Assembly (NCBI GenBank): GCA_964016885.1
Contig: CAXHJY010000511.1
Coordinates: forward strand, 62,001-126,000
Source: Eledone cirrhosa
Taxonomy: Eukaryota
Length of the DNA: 64,000 bases
Direction: 5' to 3'
The notes under the pieces were generated by a model. It made no database searches. It had not been told where the DNA came from and saw nothing but the letters and a program-made list of their open reading frames with translations. Positions within the stretch are counted from its first letter, which is position 1, and every line of letters starts with the position of its first letter. Positions 28,801 to 46,919 of this stretch are shown piece after piece. A program made the translations under genes and the position numbers.

Positions 28801-31800
28801 CAGCTACACACACACCAGCTACACACACACCAGCTACACACACACCAGCTACACACAGACACCAGCTACACACACACACCAGCTACACAGACACCAGCTA
28901 CACACACACACCAGCTACACAGACACCAGCTACACACACACACCAGCTACACAGACACCAGCTACACAGACACCAGCTACACAGACACCAGCTACACAGA
29001 CACCAGCTACACACACACACTAGCTACACAGACACCAGCTACACAGACACCAGCTACACAGACACCAGCTACACAGACACCAGCTACACAGACACCAGCT
29101 ACACACACACACCAGCTACACACACACACCAGCTACACACACCAGCTACACATACACCAGCTACACACACACCAGCTACACACACACCAGCTACACAGAC
29201 ACCAGCTACACACACACACCAGCTACACACACACCAGCTACACACACACCAGCTACACACACACCAGCTACACACACACCATCTACACACACACCAGCTA
29301 CACACACACCAGCTACACAGACACCAGCTACACACACACCAGCTACACACACACCAGCTACACACACACCAGCTACACACACACCAGCTACACACACACC
29401 AGCTACACACACACACCAGCTACACAGACACCAGCTACGCAGACACCAGCTACACAGACACCAGCTACACAGACACCAGCAACACACACACCAGCTACAC
29501 ACACACCAGCTACACAGACACCAGCAACACACACACCAGCTACACACACACCAGCTACACACACACCAGCTACACACACACACCAGCTACACACACACCA
29601 GCTACACACACACCAGCTACACACACACCAGCTACACACACACCAGCTACACACACACACCAGCTACACACACACACCAGCTACACACACACACCAGCTA
29701 CACACACACACCAGCTACACACACACACCAGCTACACACACACACCAGCTACACACACACCAGCTACACACACACACCAGCTACACACACACACCAGCTA
29801 CACACACACACCAGCTACACACACACACCAGCTACACACACATACCAGCTACACAGACACCAGCTACACAGACACCAGCTACACAGACACCAGCTACACA
29901 CACACCAGCTACACAGACACCAGCTACACACACACCAGCTACACACACACACCAGCTACACAGACACCAGCTACACAGACACCAGCTACACACACACCAG
30001 CTACACACACACCAGCTACACACACACCAGCTACACACACACACCAGCTACACACACACCAGCTACACACACACCAGCTACACACACACCAGCTACACAC
30101 ACACCAGCTACACAGACACCAGCTACACACACACCAGCTACACACACACCAGCTACACACACACCAGCTACACACACACCAGCTACACACACACACCAGC
30201 TACACACACACCAGCTACACACACACACCAGCTACACACACACACCAGCTACACACACACCAGCTACACACACACACCAGCTACACACACACCAGCTACA
30301 CACACACCAGCTACACACACACCAGCTACACACACACACCAGCTACACACACACCAGCTACACACACACACCAGCTACACACACACACCAGCTACACACA
30401 GACACCAGCTACACAGACACCAGCTACACACACACCAGCTACACACACACCAGCTACACAGACACCAGCTACACACACACCAGCTACACACACACCAGCT
30501 ACACACACACCAGCTACACACACACCAGCTACACAGACACCAGCTACACAGACACCAGCTACACACACACCAGCTACACACACACCAGCTACACACACAC
30601 CAGCTACACACACACACCAGCTACACAGACACCAGCTACACACACACCAGCTACACACACACCAGCTACACACACACACCAGCTACACACACACACCAGC
30701 TACACACACACCAGCTACACACACACCAGCTACACACACACCAGCTACACAGACACCAGCTACACAGACACCAGCTACACACACACCAGCTACACACACA
30801 CCAGCTACACAGACACCAGCAACACAGACATCAGCTACACAGACACCAGCTACACAGACACCAGCTACACACACACACCAGCTACACAGACACCAGCTAC
30901 ACACACACCAGCTACACAGACACCAGCAACACAGACATCAGCTACACAGACATCAGCTACACACACACCAGCTACACAGACACCAGCTACACACACACCA
31001 GCTACACACACACCAGCTACACACACACCAGCTACACAGACATCAGCTACACAGACACCAGCTACACAGACACCAGCTACACAGACATCAGCTACACACA
31101 CACCAGCTATACACACACACCAGCTACACACACACACCAGCTACACACACACCAGCTACACAGACACCAGCAACACAGACATCAGCTACACAGACATCAG
31201 CTACACACACACCAGCTACACAGACACCAGCTACACACACACCAGCTACACACACACCAGCTACACACACACCAGCTACACACACACACCAGCTACACAG
31301 ACATCAGCTACACAGACACCAGCTACACACACACCAGCTACACACACACCAGCTACACACACACACCAGCTACACAGACATCAGCTACACACACACCAGC
31401 TACACACACACACCAGCTACACACACACACCAGCTACACACACACCAGCTACACACACACCAGCTACACACACACCAGCTACACACACACACACCAGCTA
31501 CACACACACCAGCTACACACACACACACCAGCTACACACACACACCAGCTACACAGACACCAGCTACACACACACCAGCTACACACACACCAGCTACACA
31601 CACACACACCAGCTACACACACACCAGCTACACACACACACACCAGCTACACACACACCAGCTACACACACACCAGCTACACACACCAGCTACACACACA
31701 CACACCAGCTACACAGACATCAGCTACACACACACCAGCTATACACACACACCAGCTATACACACACACCAGCTACACACACACACACCAGCTACACAGA

Positions 31801-31883
31801 CACCAGCTACACACACACACCAGCTACACACACACACCAGCTACACACACACCAGCTACACACACACACCAGCTACACACAGA
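25825..31883. repeat. About 6-kb satellite, unit CCAGCT(AC)n, mostly 15/17 bp
   Basis: Continuous accagctacacacac / accagctacacagac repeats. Confidence 0.97.
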
Positions 31884-32377
31884 CAGTAAAAACAAACATC
31901 AATATTTTCACTGCAGAGATCAACAGTGGAATCTCCAATAAAGAGGAATTGTTCGACCAATTCTAGTTTAACTGACTTCTTCCATTACATGGAGTTACAT
32001 TCCATCAAATATTGGCCAAATCTACTCCTAGTTTTATGTTGTGTTGTTGTTGTTGTATCCTGTGATTCAATGTTGTTGTTGTTGTATATGGCAGTGGATT
32101 GGCAGTATTGCTAGAGGGTCAGATGCCATGCTTTGCAGCATAGAGTTACGTCCCTTTACGGTCTGAGTTCAAATCCTGCCGAGGTTAACTTTGCCTTTCA
32201 TCCTTGGGGGAGGGGGGGGGGTCGATAAAATAAATTTAATCGACTTCCCCTCCCCTAAAATTGCTGGCCTTGTGCCTATATTGTTGGCCTTGTGCCTATA
32301 TTGTTGTTGTTGTATCCTGTGATTCAATGTTGTTGTTATTGTTGTTGTTGTATCCTGAGATTCAATGTGTTGTAGTT

Positions 32378-32792
32378 GCCTATATTTCACATCTGGCCTG
32401 GTTCTATTACCAACTTTGGAGGCCTATATTTCACATCTGGCCTGGTTCTATTACCAACTTTGGAGGCCTATATTTCACATCTGGCCTGGTTCTATTACCA
32501 GCTTTGGAGGCCTATATTTCACATCTGGCCTGGTTCTATTACCAGCTTTGGAGGCCTATATTTCACATCTGGCCTGGTTCTATTACCAGCTTTGGAGGCC
32601 TATATTTCACATCTGGCCTGGTTCTATTACCAGCTTTGGAGGCCTATATTTCACATCTGGCCTGGTTCTATTACCAGCTTTGGAGGCCTATATTTCACAC
32701 CTGGCCTGGTTCTATTACCAACTTTGGAGGCCTATATTTCACATCTGGCCTGGTTCTATTACCAGCTTTGGAGGCCTATATTTCACATCTGG
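32378..32792. repeat. 44-bp minisatellite, about 9 copies
   Basis: gcctatatttcacatctggcctggttctattaccagctttggag repeated. Confidence 0.95.
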
Positions 32793-33319
32793 TCAGGGCC
32801 TATTACCTGCTTGGTTGGGGGCGAGTGCAGGGCCTATTACCTGCTTGGTTGGGGGCGAGTGTGTACTACATTTTGCATCGAACTTGGGCCTATTACCAGC
32901 TTTACACATTCCTGGTAATGACCATTCTGTATATGAGTTCATATCATTGCTCAGTATAGCCTTCATTATTTCCAACAGGGCGGTAGATTGGCAGTATCGG
33001 TAGAGAGTCGGACGCCATGCTTTGAAGCATAGTTACGTCCCTTTACGATCTGAGTTCAAATCCCACCGAGGTTGACTTAGCCTTTCATCCTTACGAGGTC
33101 GATAAAATAAAGTACCAGTAATGCACTGGGTAATTGCTGGCCTTGTGCCTAAAGTAGAAACAATTATTTCCAACAGGGAGATATGGCTGCTATTTCTAGT
33201 AGGTTGTGTCAAATGGCCAGCTAGAAGGAGCAGTTCTTCCATTGGTTAGTCTTGTTTCTTTTGGATTGCTTTTTAATCCTTTCATGTAGCCATTTCATCG
33301 GTATTTCTTCACTAACTTC

Positions 33320-37290
<3,971 letters not shown>

Positions 37291-37462
37291 AATGTTTCCC
37301 TTCCCGGAGTACTAAACACCACACAACATCTCTCTGTCCACCACAAACAAACATCTTTCCTCTCCTGGTAGGTACATCTCACATTTTCCTTGTTTACTTC
37401 AATGAAATGAAATTCACAGATTCTATATTCCTTTCTTTCCTTATTTTCGATGTTTTTTTTTT

Positions 37463-37517
<55 letters not shown>

Positions 37518-37669
37518 AACGAGTAGGACCCCGACGGCTGAGCTCAAGCCCAGCCGTCGGGGTCCTACTCGTTCCTATTACCCACTCTACTACCCTAAGT
37601 ATTGAGTACTTTGGTGCGTTATGGTCCACCTGGTTCCTTACCACATTTCCTTCGTTATATATATATATA

Positions 37670-37712
<43 letters not shown>

Positions 37713-38781
37713 CGTCTGTTTGGTTTGTTGACACAACACAATAGTGCGTAACACAAATACACACCTCTAACACACACATACGTTCACTAACATACTCGTA
37801 AATGGCACACACACGCGCACACCCACACTCCCTCACTCCCCATGCACATCCATACACACGATTCCCCGCACATATTCACTGACACACACACACACACACA
37901 CGACCCCTCTCCATATGCACCACCCCCTTCACACACACATTCTCTAACACACATGCCACCACCCACTCTCCATACGAACCCACACACACTCACATTTACC
38001 GACACACGTATTCACACACACACACATTCACTTATACACACACACACCTTCACTCATACACACGCACACTCATACACACACTATCTCACTATCGTATTGT
38101 TATCTGGTCTTGTGTGTGTAGTGATGATAATGATGATGATGATGATTCCCCCCCCCCCCCCCAAGGGGAGGCTATAATCGATTTAATCGATCCCTGTCAG
38201 CACTTGATTGGTATTTATTTTATTGAGCCTTGAAACAGTGAAAGCTGGGATTCGAACTCTGAACATAAAGGGACATAACTATATATTTAGACAGTATTTT
38301 GTCTGCATTATACATTGACAACCTATTGTTGCACTCCCTTTTTTTACTATTTAGTTAAGTTGGGGGAGCAAGGCTGGGCCCCTAATAACCTTTGTCCAAG
38401 CTTCTGGAGTTTCGGGTATTTTGGGCCCTCCCCTGGCCCCTGGTATTTCAATCTTTCATTAATACAGCAAAAAAAGCAACAACAAAAAAGCAACATACAA
38501 CAAATCGACAGGGCCCCTATTTCCTGCATCGACCCTAGGGATTAGTCAAGCCAGCTTTATGAATGATTACAGGGAAGGGCAGTGCCCATGACTTTCATTT
38601 GTGCCCCTTAGAGTGGTGGATGGGAGGAATATACTCTGAAACTGGAAAGCTGACTTAGATATTTGTACTCAGATGGCCGCCATTAAAGAAACCCAATAAC
38701 CAGATTAAGTCTACCACTGGTGTTGGTGTTGGTGTTCTCTAACAATCACCTGCACAGGGCCACAAACTTTTCTGAGGAATG

Positions 38782-39495
38782 TCATCATCATCATCACCAT
38801 CGTTTTACGTCCATTCATTCACGCTAACACGGGTTGTCCAGTTGTGGGCAATGCCAGGTCAGGTGACCTTGTCTTGCTCTGATTTTGGCTTGATTTCTAC
38901 AGCTGGATGCCTTTCCTAACACCAACCACTTTACAGTGTGGACTGGGTGCTTTTTTAACGTGTCTCCTACACGACCACTTTACAGTGTGGACTGGGTGCT
39001 TTTTATCATGACACCTACATGACCACTTTACAGTGTGGACTGGGTGCTTTTTGTTGTGACACCTACACAACCACTTTACAGTGTGGACTGGGTGCTTTTT
39101 GTTGTGACATCTACATGACCACTTTACAGTGTGGACTGGATGCTTTTTGTCGTGACACCTACGCAACCACTTTACAGTGTGGACTGGGTGTTTTTTGTTG
39201 TGACCACTTTACAGTGTGGACTGGGTGCTTTTTGTTGTGACACCTACATGACCACTTTACAGTGTGGACTGGGTGCTTTTTGTTGTGACACCTACATGAC
39301 TACTTTACAGTGTGGACTGGGTGCTTTTTGTTGTGACACCTACATGACTACTTTACAGTGTGGACTGGGTGCTTTTTGTTGTGACACCTACATGACTACT
39401 TTACAGTGTGGACTGGGTGCTTTTTGTTGTGACACCTACATGACCACTTTACAGTGTGGGTTGGGTGCTTTATGTCGTGACACCTACACAACCAC
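38782..39495 (-). mobile_element. RTE-tailed SINE-like element with a tandemly amplified internal 48-bp unit
   Basis: (cat)n-cgttttacgtcc...ctacagctggatgcc head, then about 12 copies of accactttacagtgtggactgggtgctttttgttgtgacacctacatg. The same arrangement occurs at 49827-50607 (-) and 54330-54795 (+). Confidence 0.8.
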
Positions 39496-40325
39496 GAAGC
39501 CCCGCACTGGACCACGAAGCTCCGCACTGGACCACGAAGCTCCGCACTGGACCACGAAGCTCTGCACTGGACCACGAAGCTCCTCACTGGACCACGAAGC
39601 TTCCTCAGTCGGTCACAAACCTCTCCACTAGACCACAAAGCTCCTCACTAGACCACAAAGCCCCGCACTGGACCACGAAGCTCCGCACTGGACCACGAAG
39701 CTCCGCACTGGACCACGAAGCTCCTCACTAGACCACAAAGCTCCTCACTGGATCACGAAGCTCCTCACTGGACCACGAAGCTCCTCACTAGACCACAAAG
39801 CTCCTCACTGGACCACGAAGCTCCTCACTAGACCACAAAGCTCCTCACTAGACCACAAAGCTCCTCACTGGACCACGAAGCTCCTCACTGGACCACAAAG
39901 CTCCTCACTAGACCACAAAGCTCCTCACTGGACCACGAAGCTCCTCACTAGACCACGAAGCTCCTCACTGGACCACGAAGCTTCCTCAGTCGGTCACAAA
40001 CCTCTCCACTAGACCACAAAGCTCCTCACTGGACCACGAAGCTCCTCACTAGACCACAAAGCTCCTCACTGGACCACGAAGCTCCTCACTAGACCACAAA
40101 GCTCCTCACTGGACCACGAAGCTCCTCACTAGACCACAAAGCTCCTCACTGGACCACGAAGCTCCTCACTAGACCACAAAACTCCTCACTGGATCACAAA
40201 GCTTCCTCAGTCGGTCACAAACCTCTCCACTAGACCACAAAGCTCCTCACTAGACCACAATGACTCCCCACTGGACCTAAAGATCCCTACTAGACCACAA
40301 AGCTCCCCGCTAGACCACCAAGCTC
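39490..40325. repeat. 20-bp minisatellite
   Basis: gaccac(g/a)aagctcctcact(g/a) repeated, with three copies of a variant block cttcctcagtcggtcacaaacctctccacta. Confidence 0.95.
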
Positions 40326-40645
40326 TTCAGTGACCTCACAAAGGGCAACATCTTGAGAGAGATGGTAGAGATGTTAATATCAGATTCCATTACATCCCAC
40401 TCAGTTCATATCCTTCTGTAGTTTACTATATCGATCCTTAGAATGATGGTGGGGGTGGGAGGGGCGTGTATGTGGGGGTGCTAAAGTAATTGACAAATAA
40501 TAGGAATTACCTCTACTGATTCAATGGACTGTAACTTCCACTTGCTGAAAATTATTGTTGACTCCAGAAATAATCATTATTTTCACCAACAACTCTCCCT
40601 CTCTCTCTCTTTGTCAGTTTGTCTCTCTCTCTTTATATATATATA

Positions 40646-40713
<68 letters not shown>

Positions 40714-40823
40714 ATACACATGGACACACACACACATAGAAAGGGAGAGAAGGAAATTTATATATATATAACAAAGAGGGTGTGGTAAGATACCAGGTTG
40801 ACCATAACACACCAGAGTACTCA

Positions 40824-40916
<93 letters not shown>

Positions 40917-41002
40917 ACTATCAATCTGGTCAATCATAGGTAAATAAAAAGCCTGTCTATAAATTCATTTTATCCACTCAACTTCCAATGGTTTGAAGCA
41001 AG

Positions 41003-41637
41003 ATTGGTTGAGTGTTTGTTGTTTGGTTGGTTGGTTGGTTAGTTAACTATTTGGTTGTTTGGTTGGTTGGTTGGTTAGTTAACTATTTGGTTGGTTGGTT
41101 GGTTGGTTGGTTGGTTGTTTGGTTGTTTGGTTGTTTGGTTGGTTGTTTGGTTGGCTAGTTAACTATTTGGTTGGTTGGTTGGTTGTTTGGTTGGCTAGTT
41201 AACTATTTGGTTGGTTAGTTGGTTGTTTGGTTGGCTAGTTAACTATTTGGTTGGTTGGTTGGTTGTTTGGTTGGCTAGTTAACTATTTGGTTGGTTAGTT
41301 GGTTGTTTGGTTGGCTAGTTAACTATTTGGTTGGTTGGTTGGTTGTTTGGTTGGCTAGTTAACTATTTGGTTGGTTAGTTGGTTGTTTGGTTGTCTAGTT
41401 AACTATTTGGTTGGTTGGTTGTTTCGTTGGCTAGTTAACTATTTGGTTGGTTAGTTGGTTGTTTGGTTGGCTAGTTAACTATTTGGTTGGTTAGTTGGTT
41501 GTTTGGTTGGCTAGTTAACTATTTGGTTGGTTAGTTGGTTGTTTGGTTGGCTAGTTAACTATTTGGTTGGTTAGTTGGTTGTTTGGTTGGCTAGTTAACT
41601 ATTTGGTTTGTTGGTTTGTTGGTTGGTTGGTTGGTTT
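41003..41637. repeat. (GGTT)n-derived minisatellite with 40-bp higher-order unit
   Basis: ctagttaactatttggttggttagttggttgtttggttgg repeated. Confidence 0.92.
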
Positions 41638-42417
41638 AATGGTTGAATGGATGTCCATACCAATGCATTCTTCTCTCTAGTACACACCTGATTCCTCTTT
41701 ATGCCCAGCTTTTCTCTCACTTCATCCACACTCAGCCATTCATCCACACCACCATTACACATCCAACGAATTATATTTGCTTCATTTCTCTTCAGCCTCT
41801 GTATAATCCTATGTATTTACTGCTCATATCTCACTACCATGCAACATTGCACTTCTCACACAAGCATCATACAATCTACCCATTGCTTGTAGAGAAAATC
41901 CCTTCGTTGTCAACAAAGTTAGTAGTTCCCTAAACCTGTTCCCAGCTTTTTCTAGCTACTATGCTTTCAAAGGAACCACCTTTGCTACTAATTGTATGTA
42001 TGTATGGTCCCATAACTCCTGACAGAGTCATAAGGGGTGCTGTATCGACATACGCCGTTTCTTGGGCATTTTAAGCCTGGTGGGCCCATCCCCCTCCAGG
42101 CCTGAGTACAGCAGATTTCTTCTTGAGAGAGAGGAAAGAGAGAGAGAGGAAGAATCGACCCCAAGTTCTTGACTGATACTTTTTTTACTGCCCTCAAAAG
42201 GATGAAAGGCAAAGTTGACCTCAGCATGATTTGAACTCAGAGAGCTGGAATGAATACTTTTCCTGTATATTGAGCAGAGCAACTTCCTTGATGGGATCTG
42301 AGTCTTGTCCTCTTTACTTCTTACCAAAACTTTAGTCTTTGCTAGGTTTTCTCAGAACCCTTTTTATTCTAAGTTCCTGCTTTATCCAGAACAGGATAAT
42401 CAAAAGCTCTTCCACAG

Positions 42418-42455
<38 letters not shown>

Positions 42456-42974
42456 TTCATTTCATCATTTCATTTTACGTCCGCCTTTCCCTGCTTGCAA
42501 GGGTGGGACGGGAACTGATTCCGGCTTGATTTCTACAGCTGGATGCCCTTCCTAACACCAACCTCATTTACAGTGAGTGCTGGGTGCTTTTTTGCCGTGG
42601 CACCTCCACGTCCACTTTGCAGTGGAATGATCATCTCATTTCTACAGCTGAGTAAACTGGAGCAATGTGAAATAAAGTGTCTTGCTCAAGGAAACAACAT
42701 ATCACCCGGTCTGAGATATATATGTAGATTGTCTCTAGTTCTAAGTTTTGATATGTCTTAGTGCACACTTATGTGTGTATGAATATATTTCAATCACTTT
42801 CTTATAATGATTAAGGCTTGATTTTATTCTCTGAATTCTATCTTGAGCTGTTTTTAGAGACAAGACTTATGTTTGATTTTGTATCATTCATGACACCTTT
42901 TACTTTTACTTTGAAAGTAATAATAATAATATATATATATATATATTTATATATACACACACACACAAGGTAGG

Positions 42975-43525
42975 CTTCATACCTATCAGTTTCACTAACA
43001 ATTCATTGGACAGCCTGAAGCTAGAGGGTTTGTGATACTTGCCCAAGATGCCATGCAGTGGAGAGGAGGTGGGGGTTCGAAGCTGGGCCCTAATGATTGC
43101 AAAGCAAGCTCTTTAACCATCTGGCCATGTAAGTAGGGGTAAAGACCCCCTTCGGTCACGAATGACCATGGGATTTGCACCTAGAGAGTTCCCCTCCGAG
43201 GCACAAGTCCGGGCAAGGTTGTTTGTGAAAGACCAGCAGTCGCCCATGTATACCAGTCTCCCCTCTCCACGCTACTGATGTTGTCCAAAGGAAAGGTAAT
43301 GGCCGATACAGCTTGGCACAAGAGACATCACAACTCGTATATTCACTATATACACACTATGTACAGTATATATGCTATGGAAAGGCTATGGCCGATACAA
43401 CTTGGCACCAGTGACATCGCAACTCATTTCTACAGCTGAGTAAACCGGAGCAACACGAGTCCAAGAATCAAACTCACAACCTTCCGATTGCAAGCCCAAT
43501 GCTCTAACCACTAAGCCATGCCTTC
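42975..43525 (-). mobile_element. Two adjacent tRNA-derived SINEs of other families
   Basis: Reverse-complement tRNA-like heads (ctctttaaccatctggccatg; gctctaaccactaagccatg) and ttctacagctgagtaaaccggagcaac, also seen at about 4008-4110 and 42635-42710. Confidence 0.6.
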
Positions 43526-43581
43526 ACCAAAGTATAGACATAATTAAGCCCTAGATTTCTAAGCTGGGATTTCTGGGTTAA

Positions 43582-43799
43582 CTCTTTAGCATTTAAACCG
43601 GCCGTATCCGGCCAGAATTCTCTCACCTCTTTCTGTTCAAACCCGCTGCAACTGGCTGTTCACACTTATATTTAGGTATTTTCAAAATAAATAACATCAA
43701 AATTTCATAGATTCAATATTATATGAGATATTATGTAAAATAAAGCCTTTACCGCAAAAATACCAATAATATATATAGAGTAATGAGAATGCTAAAGGG
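43582..43799. mobile_element. piggyBac-type MITE, uninterrupted copy
   Basis: TTAA|CTCTTTAGCATT...AATGCTAAAGGG|TTAA, with an interior homologous to the reverse complement of 17142-17554. A third, partial copy lies at about 48172-48385. Confidence 0.8.
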
Positions 43800-43916
43800 T
43801 TAAAAGCTACAGGTATGACGGTGATACTTTCTCTACAAACTTGATAAGGAAGCCATCCTATAGCAGATGAAACAGATTGTCTTTCTCTTGACACACAATA
43901 TAACTACAATTCAGTG

Positions 43917-44485
43917 ACATACTACTACTACTGCTACTACTACTACTGCTATTACAACTACTACTACTACTACTGCTGCTGCTGCTACTGTTACTACTAC
44001 TACTTCGACTACTACCGCTTCTGCTACTGTTACTACTACTACTTCAACTACTATAACTGCTGCTACTACTGCTACTACCACCATAACTACTGCCTCTACT
44101 ACTACTACCACTACCGCTGCTGCTACTACTACCACTACTGTTACTACTGCTGTTGCTACTATTACTACTACTACTACCTCTACTGCTGCTGCTGCTGCTG
44201 CCACTACTACTACTGCTGCTGCTACTACTACTAGTACTACCACTGCCACTGCTGCTACCATTGCTACTACTACTACCACTACTGCTGCTACTACTAGTAG
44301 TACTACCACTACCACTGCTACTACTACTACCACTACCACTGCTACTACCACTACCACTACTACTGCCACTACCACCACTGCTGCTGTTGTTACTACTACT
44401 ACTATTACTACTACTGTCACTACCACTGCTACTACTACTACTACTAGTAGTACTACCACTGCCACTGCTGCTGCTGCTACTACTG
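43917..44485. repeat. Compound trinucleotide repeat (CTA/CTG/CCA)
   Basis: Direct inspection. Similar blocks at about 5026-5460 and 52052-52240. Confidence 0.95.
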
Positions 44486-44800
44486 ATCAAACTTTTCCCA
44501 ATTTAATCCTAATCGTGTTTAATCTTAATTAATTAATGTTAATTCTTACCCCCCTCCTTCCTCTTCATTAACAATCCAAAAGATTAATTATTTCTCTTCA
44601 TTGGACACTCCATATTTCACAGTATTTAGCTTTTATTTTACTTTTTCTCTGACTCTGTGTGTGTGTTTATATTTGTGAGTGTGTTTGTGTGTGTGTATTT
44701 GTGTGAGTGTGTGTTTGTGTGTATTTATGTGCATGTGTGTGTTTATGTGGATGTATGTATGTATATCATTGTTCATCATTGTATAACATCTGCTTACCCT

Positions 44801-44855
<55 letters not shown>

Positions 44856-45466
44856 GTTGAAAAAATATATATATATATATATATATATGTGGGAAAACCC
44901 CCGTCCAAACCCATGCAAGCGTGGAACACGGACGCTAAACCTGATGATGATGATGATGATATATATATATGACAGTTGAAAATTGCAAACTTGACTGTCA
45001 CCACACATTATACTACCATACTATTTCATTATAATACCATTATAAATTTTAAAGGATTGTAAATAAAACGAGTAAATCGGACAAAGTTGGAATTCCTTTT
45101 ATTAATATAATCTTCTATACACAATCATACACACCCCTGTATATTTATCTATCTATATATATATATATATGTAAATATGATAATAATGGAACTGCGGCGC
45201 TGCAAATGGGTTACATATGAAAAAGTTTGTCCTCATCAGTGGCCATCCAACCGTCGTAGGCATTTTGTCGCATTAAAGGCCATATACCTCAGGTTGGTGC
45301 GAGCAACGGCTATATATATATACCTCTCCCTAACGCACGTGCATATATATATATATATATATATAATGATTACAAGTTTGAAGTAATATATATATATATA
45401 TCGGGACAGTATATAGAAAGGATATATTAGGATAACGGCTTGATACAGCAGATATATATATATATG

Positions 45467-46187
45467 TCATGTACGAATACTCTCCAGCGGTCTCTGTCCC
45501 TCATCATCGCTGCCATGTCCTGCGTCTCCAAGAGACCAGTGTCTGTCCTTAGGGCATCAACATATGTCTACCTCAGTCTCCCTCTTCTAGTGTGTCCATG
45601 CAGGGCCTCCCACAGGAGCACTGAGTGCAGTGTCAACTCTGGATGTCGGTGAGCATGTCCAGCTAACCTCACTCTCCTCTGTGCTACTCTCCAGCTGACT
45701 TTTGGGAAGCCGCTAGAATTGGTTGAGGACTTCCTGCCTTTGGTAGCAAAGATTGGGAATACGGAAGATGATGTGGTTGAGAGGAAGAGCAAAGCCTGGG
45801 CAGCGTGCCACAGTTTGAGATCGGCGTGGAAGTCAGATCTTCGTAAAGACCTGAAGATCCGTCTCTTCATTAATGTAGAGGAGTCTGTGCTGCTGTACGG
45901 GTCTGAGACTTGGACACTGACCAAGAAACTCACTCAGATGGTGGATGGGTGCTACACGAGAATGCTGAGGATGGCTCTGAACATTAATCAGTATACACTG
46001 AGGATGAAGAACTCAGAGCTGTGTGGGAGCATCCCAAAAGTCAGCTCAAAAGTGACACAGAGGAGACTGAGGTTAGCTGGACATGCTCACCGACATCCAG
46101 AGTTGACATTGCACTCAGTGCTCCTTTGGGAGCCCCTACATGGACACACTAGAAGAGGAAGACCAAGGTTAACGTATGTTGATGCCC
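45467..46187. mobile_element. Two head-to-head RTE-like LINE 3' fragments (- 45467-45712; + 45716-46187)
   Basis: The + piece encodes KIRLF...ESVLLYGSETWTLTK...RRLRLAGH...RGRPRLTY. The - piece encodes an overlapping C-terminal segment through DRDRWR. Confidence 0.85.
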
Positions 46188-46888
46188 CCCACAAAAAATA
46201 TATATACCCCTCCCTAACACACAAGCATGCATATATATAAATATATATATGCACGTGTGTTAGGGAGGGGAATTCCTGAAATCCTGTAATCAAACATTCA
46301 ATGCCATATTTACTGGTTTATTACTCCAGTGCATTATAAAGTACCAGTAATGTACTGGGTTAATTGCTGGCCTTGTGCCAAATGTAGAAACATTATTATT
46401 ATTATTATTATGAGGGCGGTGGATTGGCAGTATCAGTAGAGGGTCGGACGCTATGCTTTGCAGCATAGAGTTATGGCTCTTTACGGTCTGAGCTCAAATC
46501 CCGCCGAAGTTAACTTTGCCTTTCATCCTTATGGGGTCGATAAAATAAAGTACCAGTCACGCACTGGGGTCGATTTAATCGACTTTCCCCTCCCCCCAAA
46601 TTGATGGCCTTGTGCTTATATAAGAAACCATTATTATGCTCCATCCATTAGCATATTTTCTCACCTTGGTTACCAATGAGTGATATTCATAACAGGGACT
46701 CGTTATTAGATTTGCTATCTCTATTGATTCAGTCTGAAAGCATATCTTGATATTGGCTAATATTTTTATTTTATTTTATTTTATTTTATTTTATTTTATT
46801 TTATTTTATTTTATTTTATTTTATTTTATTTTTATTTTTATTTTTATTTTTATTTTTATTTTTATTTTTATTTTTATTTTTATTTTTA

Positions 46889-46919
<31 letters not shown>

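Noticed and set aside
41003-41637. Interstitial telomeric repeat
   Set aside because: The unit is (GGTT)n-based, not TTAGGG.
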